Of a stretch of 33,684 nucleotides of DNA, positions 24,941 to 33,684 are shown piece by piece. Positions within the stretch are counted from its first letter, which is position 1. Each line of letters starts with the position of its first letter. The notes beneath the pieces are model-generated. The model saw only the letters and a list, made by a program, of their open reading frames with translations. It was not told where the DNA came from and ran no database searches. Position numbers and translations under genes: made by a program. Source of the stretch: Candidatus Yonathbacteria bacterium RIFCSPHIGHO2_01_FULL_51_10 (lineage in GTDB: Bacteria; Patescibacteriota; Minisyncoccia; Phycocordibacterales; UBA1539_B); NCBI GenBank assembly GCA_001823505.1, contig MHUS01000016.1:4555-38238 (forward strand), read 5' to 3'.

Positions 24941-25962
24941 GGTTGGGGCATAGTTCTTCGAATAGAGTACGTTTTTCGTCCCTGTGATTCAAAATAATTT
25001 CGGGAGAGCACTTCGCATAAAACGCCGAGCCCGATAAGCTGTAGCCCCGCCAAAATAAACAACACGGAAAAAACAAGGAGTGGGCGCCCGCCAATTGAAG
25101 CAAGGTATACTACTTTAATAAATACGAGGTACGTGAGTCCTCCGCCCCCGATCGCAAGTAGACCCAGGCCCAACGAACCAAACATACGCATCGGCTTAGT
25201 AATAAACTTTGAAAAAAATTGTATGGTAATAACGTCAATAATGACTTTAAAGATCCTCGAGAGTCCGTATTTCGACTTGCCGAACCGACGCGGATGATGA
25301 TTCACTATGATCTCTGCAATGCGGGCACCATGCATGCGGGCATAAATGGGGAGGTAGCGATGCATGTCGCCATACAGATTGATCTCATCCAAAATTTCAC
25401 GGCGGTATGCCTTTAGTGCGCATCCAAGATCATGAATCGGTGTATTCGCAAGACGTGCAATAAGAAAATTTGCAATGACGGAAGGGATTCTCCTTGTGAC
25501 CATTTTATCTTTGCGATCCTTGCGCCACCCGGAGACCACGTCATATCCCTCGTTCAATTTTTCTATCAAAAAAGGGATATCTCGTGGATCATTTTGCAGA
25601 TCAGCATCAAGAAGCACAACGATGTTCCCCTGAGCGGCGTCAATTCCGGCAGCAAGTGCCGGCGTTTGTCCAAAATTCGCGCGCAGTTCAATGCCGCGCA
25701 CGCGTTTATCGCGCATTTGGATTTTCTCGATCTCGTAAGATGTTTCATCAATGCTCCCATCATCCACAAAAATGATCTCATATCTGAGACCGGTTCCTTC
25801 AAGCACTGTAGTGAGTGAAGCGTAGAGCTCAGGAAGATTCCCCGCCTCATCTTTTGCGGGAATGACCACAGACAAATCGAATGTTCCCTGCACTGGGAAT
25901 TTATCAGGCAGGGCAACATTTGCACGATAGGGGAACGACATGACTTTGTTTTTTGTATGCAT
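24937..25962 (-). CDS. GT2 polyprenyl-phosphate glycosyltransferase (GtrB/ArnC/DPM1-like) with two C-terminal TM helices
   Basis: LSVVIPAKDEAGNL, EIIFVDDGSIDET, VVLLDADLQNDP, and a C-terminal hydrophobic pair. The stop overlaps the downstream ATG (ATGA). Confidence 0.85.
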   Translation of the reverse strand: MHTKNKVMSFPYRANVALPDKFPVQGTFDLSVVIPAKDEAGNLPELYASLTTVLEGTGLRYEIIFVDDGSIDETSYEIEKIQMRDKRVRGIELRANFGQTPALAAGIDAAQGNIVVLLDADLQNDPRDIPFLIEKLNEGYDVVSGWRKDRKDKMVTRRIPSVIANFLIARLANTPIHDLGCALKAYRREILDEINLYGDMHRYLPIYARMHGARIAEIIVNHHPRRFGKSKYGLSRIFKVIIDVITIQFFSKFITKPMRMFGSLGLGLLAIGGGGLTYLVFIKVVYLASIGGRPLLVFSVLFILAGLQLIGLGVLCEVLSRNYFESQGRKTYSIRRTMPQP

Positions 25963-26243
25963 GATATTATCGAGCTTTAAAAAATCTAAAAACAGCGTCT
26001 GGCAATTACATTACCTAGAACCGCTTCGTCATATTCAACTTGTGATGATTCGTTGATGAAATACAGACAAACACTTTATACAGTTTTACGGGCAAAACAA
26101 TCGTTAATTTGGGCGTATTTTCCTATTCCCTGCACATGTAGCCGTCCATCCTATTGTTTGATGACAATCGAACCAAAATTCTCTTTAGGTGTAGCAAATG
26201 GCCCCAGCGTTCACCGTAGAAAAATACGCTGCTCACGCAACAC

Positions 26244-26278
26244 AAAAAAACCGGCCATAATCGCAATGGCCGGTTTTT
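26244..26278 (-). terminator. Rho-independent terminator of the atp operon
   Basis: CCGGCCAT-aatcgca-ATGGCCGG. The minus-strand transcript continues with 7 U. It lies 22 nt after the atpC stop. Confidence 0.85.
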
Positions 26279-26300
26279 ACGTTGTCGAACTCAGTATTGA

Positions 26301-26540
26301 CTATAGCAAGATCACCGCTTCGTTGCGAGATACTTCAAGAAGCCCATGGTCTAGAGAAAATGTGGTTATGTCATGCTCGGTCTTGATGCGAATCTCGCCG
26401 CCCTTAAGTCTCGTGATAAGCGGCGCATGATGCGCAAGCACGGTAAGCTCTCCCTCACTGCCAGGGCAATTTACTGACACGACATGCCCGTGAAAGAGCG
26501 TCTTGTCGACAGTCGCAATCGTAAGAGGGAATGTAGTCAT
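26301..26540 (-). CDS. atpC: F1 ATP synthase epsilon subunit, beta-sandwich domain only (79 aa)
   Basis: The position is directly after atpD. LTIATVDKTLFHGHVVSVNCPGSEGELTVLAHHAPLITRLKGGEIRI matches the N-terminal domain of epsilon. No C-terminal helical hairpin is encoded. Confidence 0.8.
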   Translation of the reverse strand: MTTFPLTIATVDKTLFHGHVVSVNCPGSEGELTVLAHHAPLITRLKGGEIRIKTEHDITTFSLDHGLLEVSRNEAVILL

Positions 26541-26545
26541 AATAG

Positions 26546-28112
<1,567 letters not shown>

Positions 28113-28337
28113 TTATGCGTGAGCTGAGACAATGAGTGGTTCACGTCTGGCATGCGCACCTGCATCTTCGCGGCTTATCAGACGATTCGTCTCAAGAACA
28201 AGACCGAGTGCTTCTTTAAGGTTTTTACGCGCTTCGGCAAGAGTATGCCCTTGTGTATTAACACCGGAAAGCTCCTCGACCCAACCGAGGTACCACTTTC
28301 CACTTTTTTTATATACGGCAGTAAATTGCTGCTTCAT
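28113..28337 (-). CDS. hicB: HicB-like antitoxin (UPF0150 fold), no DNA-binding C-terminal domain
   Basis: 74 aa. FTAVYKKSGKWYLGWVEELSGVNTQGHTLAEARKNLKEALGLVLE matches the HicB N-terminal domain. Its TAA directly abuts the hicA ATG. Confidence 0.8.
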   Translation of the reverse strand: MKQQFTAVYKKSGKWYLGWVEELSGVNTQGHTLAEARKNLKEALGLVLETNRLISREDAGAHARREPLIVSAHA

Positions 28338-28343
28338 TGCGCC

Positions 28344-28373
28344 ATGCTACCACGCATTATGCTTTTTCGTCAA
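28344..28373 (-). promoter_or_regulatory. Candidate promoter TTGACG-N18-(TGg)TAGCAT, 6 nt upstream of the hicB ATG (leaderless start predicted)
   Basis: Minus strand reads TTGACGaaaaagcataatgcgTGgTAGCATggcgcaATG. Confidence 0.35.
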
Positions 28374-28420
28374 ACAAAAAATCTTCACGCTCCCTAAAAC
28401 ATTAGCGACTATTCCAATGA

Positions 28421-29347
28421 TTATTTCATCGCCTCGACGCCGCCCACGATCTCACTCACTTCACGGGTGATGGCGGCCTGGCGCGCTTTGTTAAATTCTC
28501 GGGTGAGATCCTCCGCCACTTCATCCGCCTTATCTGATGCATTCTTCATGGCGACACGCCGCGCAGAATGCTCTGATGCCTGCGCTTCAAGCACCGCGTG
28601 AGTGAGCTCCACCGAGAGCAAAAATGGCACGAGCTCCTCGAGCACGCTTTGCGCAGATGGCTCAAAAAGATATTCCGATACGGTGCCATTTCCATCAGCA
28701 TCAAACGCTGCGAGCCCGGAAAACTTCCCGCGCTCGGGCAAGATGGCATTGACCGTCTCTTCAAGGGCGCGCGGGTCAATGGGAACCATCTGCCGCACCA
28801 CAGCCTCCTGCACCATCGTTGAGCGAAAGTGTGTATAGACAACAAAGACTTTGCCGATCGTCTGGTCATCGGTGAGGCGTATGATATGCTCCACCACTTC
28901 ATGGAGCGCATTCGCAGAAAGTTCATCCTCACGAAGTGGCACATTGTGCTCTATCGTATATCCACGCTTTGAAAAAAATTCATATCCTTTCTTGCCGATC
29001 GTTATGAAGCGAACATCTTCCCGGGCAAGGCCCTGTGCTTCGATATTTCGCGTTGTAGCTTTGAGCACTGAGCTGTTGAGCGCACCGGCGAGTCCTTTGT
29101 CGCTCGTCACCACCACGATCACTGCCCCATTCCCGCTCCGCGGCCGCATGAGCGGATGCACAATCGGCGCGTTGCTGGCAAACACGCGGCGTAGGATCGA
29201 GAGTGCGTGGAGTGCATACGGCCGACCACCCAATGCCGCAACCTGCGCCTTGCGCATCTTCACGGCAGAAACCGCCTCCATCGCCTTGGTGACTTGATGG
29301 GTTTTTTTGACCGAAATGATCTTGCTTTTGATTGACTTAAGTGACAT
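28421..29347 (-). CDS. atpG: F1 ATP synthase gamma subunit
   Basis: MSLKSIKSKIISVKKTHQVTKAMEAVSAVKMRKAQ at the N-terminus and ARQAAITREVSEIVGG at the C-terminus are gamma hallmarks. Confidence 0.9.
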   Translation of the reverse strand: MSLKSIKSKIISVKKTHQVTKAMEAVSAVKMRKAQVAALGGRPYALHALSILRRVFASNAPIVHPLMRPRSGNGAVIVVVTSDKGLAGALNSSVLKATTRNIEAQGLAREDVRFITIGKKGYEFFSKRGYTIEHNVPLREDELSANALHEVVEHIIRLTDDQTIGKVFVVYTHFRSTMVQEAVVRQMVPIDPRALEETVNAILPERGKFSGLAAFDADGNGTVSEYLFEPSAQSVLEELVPFLLSVELTHAVLEAQASEHSARRVAMKNASDKADEVAEDLTREFNKARQAAITREVSEIVGGVEAMK

Positions 29348-29382
29348 ACAAGGTGTGCCCTTCTGAACGCGCGTGGTTTATT

Positions 29383-30945
29383 TTACGCAAAGAATGCCGG
29401 ATGTGTTTCTTTAAAGCGTGCGAGTCCTGCGATCAACTCTTCCTCGGTATCTTTTGCGATCTCATGGCTCGTGCGGATCGTCTCAACGAGCGTACGATGC
29501 TCGGTATCAAAGAAACGCAACAGTGCCTGCTCGCACGCACCCACCTGCTCCACCGGTACGGTATCGAGTACCCCGGAGATAGCGGCGTAGATGCTGATCG
29601 CCTGCCGCTCAAACGACAGCGGCGCATGTTTGTACTGCTTCAAGATCTCAGAAAGTCGGCGACCCTTTTCGATCCGTGCCTTGGTGTCAGAATCAAGGTC
29701 CTGTGAAAATTGCATGAATGCTTCAAGCTCGCGAAATTGCGCAAGCTCGAGGCGAATCTTACCGGCAACTTTTTTCATCGCTTTGGTTTGCGCCGATGAA
29801 CCGACACGAGAAACCGAGAATCCGACATTGATCGCCGGGCGCGTGCCTTTGTTGAAAAGATCCGTATCAAGAAAGATCTGTCCGTCAGTGATCGAGATCA
29901 CATTCGTCGGAATGTATGCTGAGATGTCTCCCTGCTGGGTCTCAATGATAGGAAGCGCGGTGAGCGACCCCCCGCCGAGTTCCTTTGAAAGCTTCGCGGC
30001 ACGCTCAAGGAGACGGGAGTGAAGATAAAACACGTCTCCCGGATACGCCTCGCGACCAGGAGGACGACGCAGGAGGAGCGAGAGTTGCCGATACGCAACG
30101 GCGTGCTTGGAAAGATCGTCGTAGACAACCAACGCGTCTTTGCCTTGTCCCATGAAGAATTCACCGATGGTGGCCCCTGCATACGGAGCGAGAAATTGGA
30201 ATGCGGCCGGATCAGAAGCGCCGGCCACAACGATAATGCTCCACTCCATCGCACCGCGCGCCTCAAGCTCATGGACGAGCTGAGCGACCTTCGATTCTTT
30301 TTGTCCGATCGCCACATAGATACAAATGGGGCGATGCTCTTTTGGCTCACTTGCCTGATTTAAAATGGCATCGATCGCGATGGTTGTTTTGCCTGTTGAT
30401 CGATCACCGATGATGAGCTCGCGCTGGCCGCGCCCGATCGGCACCATGCCGTCGATCGCTTTGATGCCGGTGTGAAGCGGAACGTTAACCGAAGCGCGAT
30501 CGATCACGCCATAGGCAACGCGCTCTATCGGATACATTGTGTCTTTGGGCAACTCACCCTTGCCGTCGATCGCCTCACCCAAGGCGTTCACCACGCGACC
30601 CACCATGGCGTTTGATACCGGAATAGAGAGCACCTTGCCGGTACCGCGTGCGATCATTCCTTCCCGGACCTGCGCACCGTTCCCCAAGACAACCGCTTTA
30701 ACGGAATCTTCCTCAAGGTTGAGTACCAGGCCATAGACAGCGTCCGACTTGCCCAACGTTTCCGCGAGACTCTTCCCTTCCCCGTCATCAAACACGATCA
30801 TCTCCGACATCATCGCGTCCGTAAGACCGTCGATCTCAACAATGCCGTCTCCCACGGAAACAACCGTCCCGATGCGCTCGAGCGCCGCTTCGGGAACGAA
30901 GCCTTGGATCTCTTTGCGGAGTTTTTCTATGATCGTAGTGTTCAT
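29383..30945 (-). CDS. atpA: F1 ATP synthase alpha subunit
   Basis: Walker A GDRSTGKT, plus the conserved [21 protein letters not shown] and [13 protein letters not shown]. Confidence 0.95.
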   Translation of the reverse strand: MNTTIIEKLRKEIQGFVPEAALERIGTVVSVGDGIVEIDGLTDAMMSEMIVFDDGEGKSLAETLGKSDAVYGLVLNLEEDSVKAVVLGNGAQVREGMIARGTGKVLSIPVSNAMVGRVVNALGEAIDGKGELPKDTMYPIERVAYGVIDRASVNVPLHTGIKAIDGMVPIGRGQRELIIGDRSTGKTTIAIDAILNQASEPKEHRPICIYVAIGQKESKVAQLVHELEARGAMEWSIIVVAGASDPAAFQFLAPYAGATIGEFFMGQGKDALVVYDDLSKHAVAYRQLSLLLRRPPGREAYPGDVFYLHSRLLERAAKLSKELGGGSLTALPIIETQQGDISAYIPTNVISITDGQIFLDTDLFNKGTRPAINVGFSVSRVGSSAQTKAMKKVAGKIRLELAQFRELEAFMQFSQDLDSDTKARIEKGRRLSEILKQYKHAPLSFERQAISIYAAISGVLDTVPVEQVGACEQALLRFFDTEHRTLVETIRTSHEIAKDTEEELIAGLARFKETHPAFFA

Positions 30946-30968
30946 GGGAATAGCGTTTTGATTAAAAA

Positions 30969-31376
30969 TTATGCGGTTATCATGCGTTGATAGAGTTCAA
31001 GCAGCGCGCGCTTGCCGCTTGCATCAATGATCTTGTCCCGGGTACGCATCCGATAGCCGGTGGAAAGCGTGGGATCAACAGCGAAAGAAAGTGTCTCTGG
31101 GGCAACAGCGAGTGTCCGCGCCGCCTGTGCAATATGCTTGGCCTCTGTCTCAATGATCTCCTTTCGGGCCACCATGACGGTCGTCGTGGCCGCGAGGGTT
31201 TGCTCCTTCATGAGGCGCTCAAACGATGTGCTGATCTTGGGGAGCAGTCGTGTATGCCCGGCCTTGCGCACCACTGCGACAAACCGCTTCATCACCGCCT
31301 CCGCTTCATGGGGGGTAGCGCGTTCAAGCGCCTGCATCAGAGCTTCTGCGTATTCGTGAGCGGTAACCATATTCAT
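30969..31376 (-). CDS. atpH: F1 ATP synthase delta (OSCP) subunit, short form (135 aa)
   Basis: The position is between atpF and atpA. The C-terminal [25 protein letters not shown] resembles the delta DxxLIGG-(h)-(h)-x-(G)-D-x-(h)-(h)-D-x-S motif. Confidence 0.7.
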   Translation of the reverse strand: MNMVTAHEYAEALMQALERATPHEAEAVMKRFVAVVRKAGHTRLLPKISTSFERLMKEQTLAATTTVMVARKEIIETEAKHIAQAARTLAVAPETLSFAVDPTLSTGYRMRTRDKIIDASGKRALLELYQRMITA

Positions 31377-31379
31377 TGA

Positions 31380-31823
31380 TTATCGTTTTTGTAATACGCG
31401 CTCCGCTGCAAGCACAGCCATCCGCGCGATCTCTTCTTTGCTCTCCATGATCGTGCGGCGCTTTTCCTCCTCGGCACGCTGCTCTGCACGACTGATTATC
31501 GCGGCGCTCTCTTCTGCCGCAGCTTTGACCACCTCCGCGTGCGCTTCAGACGAAACGCGACGTGCCGTCTCGGCAAGTACCTCCGCCTCACGTGTTGCAT
31601 TCATGATGATGTGTCGACGCTCGTCTTCCGCGCCCTTCAGCTCGCGAGCAGCGTGCTGCGCGTCTTCTATGCCGCGCTTGATGTGCGCTTCACGTTCGGC
31701 AACAATGCGCAAGATCGGCCGATAGAGGAACCGGTGCAGAATGAACAACACCACGGCAAAGTTAAGCGCCTGAAACAACAGGAGCTCCCACTTGATACCG
31801 AAGGTTGTGATGATTTGTTCCAT
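31380..31823 (-). CDS. atpF: Fo ATP synthase b subunit
   Basis: N-terminal TM helix (WELLLFQALNFAVVLFILHRFLY) followed by a long charged helix. The position is between atpE and atpH. Confidence 0.8.
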   Translation of the reverse strand: MEQIITTFGIKWELLLFQALNFAVVLFILHRFLYRPILRIVAEREAHIKRGIEDAQHAARELKGAEDERRHIIMNATREAEVLAETARRVSSEAHAEVVKAAAEESAAIISRAEQRAEEEKRRTIMESKEEIARMAVLAAERVLQKR

Positions 31824-31851
31824 GTTTTACGAGTGCGTCCCGTGATACTCC

Positions 31852-32845
<994 letters not shown>

Positions 32846-32896
32846 GAAAATACCTAAAAAGAAAGCCCGCCCGAAGGTGGCTTTTTGATACGCCCA

Positions 32897-32905
32897 ATAC
32901 TACCA
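32897..32905 (-). promoter_or_regulatory. Candidate extended -10 element TGgTAGTAT for the atp operon
   Basis: Minus strand reads cgTGgTAGTATtggg. It lies about 50 nt upstream of the atpB ATG and downstream of the terminator at 32926..32945. Confidence 0.3.
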
Positions 32906-32925
32906 CGTTATAGGGCAAAATGAAA

Positions 32926-32945
32926 CCCCGCTGTTGCAAGCGGGG
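32926..32945 (-). terminator. Stem-loop terminator after the 32974..33276 gene
   Basis: CCCCGCT-gttgca-AGCGGGG. The minus-strand transcript continues UUUCAUUUUG. Confidence 0.6.
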
Positions 32946-32973
32946 GGGGTTATCACGTTGATTTTAGGGGGGG

Positions 32974-33276
32974 CTAGGCAGCGACCGTCAGTGGTAGTAT
33001 CGCCAAGAATGAATTGTAGCACCGCGGAGACCCACAGACGGGCCTTGCGAACCTGTGCCCCGTAAGCTGGTCGGTGAGTGCAGGACGGAGCTCGTCAAGC
33101 TTACTACCCAAGATCTCTCCTTCGTTATCGTAGGCCTGCTCAATAACAAGCTTGATCTTTGCCGCGTGCCCTTCGCAATTGAAGCACCGGCTGTTTTCCT
33201 TTTGGAGTTCCCGCCGCGCAAGTACGGACAGCTGCTTGCCTTTAACGTTAATTCTTAACACCTGCTGATTCAGCAT
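32974..33276 (-). CDS. Small (100 aa) four-cysteine protein, function unknown
   Basis: RBS GAGAGGGGAA lies 5 nt upstream of the ATG. CFNC near residue 31 and C-x4-C near residue 81 could form a zinc site. Candidate promoter TTGACA-N16-(TGt)GATAAA at 33312..33339. Confidence 0.6.
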   Translation of the reverse strand: MLNQQVLRINVKGKQLSVLARRELQKENSRCFNCEGHAAKIKLVIEQAYDNEGEILGSKLDELRPALTDQLTGHRFARPVCGSPRCYNSFLAILPLTVAA

Positions 33277-33589
33277 AATTCCCCTCTCTGTTGGAACAAA
33301 CCAGCGTTCTGTTTATCACATGGGTGTATGGTGTGTCAATATCACGTCAACTCTTTGCTTCGGTTTACGTTCTTCTTAATTCCGACAATGTTTCGTTCTG
33401 TGGACCCTAGCGGAATTTCTCCCGCGACTAAAATTTTTCGTCAAAAAATTTTGTCTGGGCACCAGTTTATGTTTGTGTACACAAGTCACTAAGTATATTG
33501 TTTCGCTACGCTCACAATCTACATAAGTGCTCGCGACCCCGGCTCGTGGTTTTTCTCTGTAGGATCAGAGAAAAACATCACTGCGCCTT

Positions 33590-33637
33590 CCACAAACTAA
33601 AAATCTGCCGCAGGGCAGATTTTCTTAACGTTTGTGG
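33590..33637. other. Nested stem-loop in a 400-nt non-coding region
   Basis: CCACAAAC-taaaa-ATCTGCC-gcag-GGCAGAT-tttcttaac-GTTTGTGG. A second perfect 10-bp hairpin TTTTTCTCTG/CAGAGAAAAA lies at 33550..33575. Confidence 0.4.
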
Positions 33638-33684
33638 TGTTATTTTAGCATTTGCGCGAACCTTTTTTGAACGGAACTCCTGAC

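Noticed and set aside
25963-26243. c-di-GMP riboswitch upstream of the glycan operon
   Set aside because: I read the minus-strand leader looking for the GEMM-I core features (GGCAAACC / GGGACGCAAAGCC-like segments) and did not find them. The region is kept only as a generic long leader.
26053-26430. 125-aa + strand ORF between the glycan and atp operons
   Set aside because: It crosses the atp terminator hairpin and overlaps atpC antisense. It has no RBS and a Cys/Arg/Ser-rich composition.
32857-32885. Hairpin in the atpB leader (AAAAAGAAAGCCCGCCcgaaGGTGGCTTTTT) as a possible attenuator
   Set aside because: The stem relies on a G:T pair that exists only on the + strand. On the transcribed minus strand it becomes an A:C mismatch that leaves only short helices. 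No + strand gene needs a terminator here.

Overview
Dense bacterial chromosomal segment. Every gene except a family-4 uracil-DNA glycosylase (10649..11221, +) is on the minus strand. No rRNA, CRISPR array, transposase or integrase was seen. The standard genetic code gives intact ORFs. The gene content (DUF5667-type proteins, a very short ATP synthase epsilon and delta, many small secreted or membrane proteins of unknown function) suggests a small-genome uncultivated lineage such as Patescibacteria/CPR. That placement is inference only.

Layout, by window coordinate:
- 1..2266: truncated ychF, a small helical protein and a CapA-family protein.
- 2397..3332: a Cys-rich type-I membrane protein.
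- 3476..3650: two tandem tRNA-Pro genes.
- 3703..6022: a nuclease module (PolB-exo-like 3'-5' exonuclease, an unknown protein, and a Cas4-like PD-(D/E)XK nuclease).
- 6104..10553: secreted proteins, a CAP-domain protein and an ABC-2 exporter.
- 10649..11221: udg.
- 11273..15267: an ECF sigma factor with DUF5667 proteins.
- 15384..17547: a TerC/DUF475 protein, tRNA-Val with degenerate upstream copies of its own 5' end, TspO, and an atypical tRNA-Ala.
- 17764..25962: a five-gene cell-surface glycan operon (GtrB-like GT2, UPF0104 domain fused to GH8, BcsA-like processive GT2, GT-C fused to LysM, secreted GH8).
- 26301..32845: a complete F1Fo ATP synthase operon, atpBEFHAG-[hicB-hicA]-atpDC.

Most notable observations:
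- A HicB/HicA toxin-antitoxin cassette sits inside the atp operon between gamma and beta.
- The glycan operon has two GH8 domains and a three-component extracytoplasmic glycosylation set.
- Copies of the tRNA-Val 5' acceptor/D-arm segment are repeated in tandem upstream of the tRNA.
- Several genes have extended -10 promoters (TGnTAnnnT) placed so the predicted transcript starts at the ATG (leaderless).

Many long ORFs in the supplied track are antisense shadows or spurious N-terminal extensions. These are listed under rejected items. All coordinates, structures and motif calls were made by eye from the sequence, and no database search was possible.
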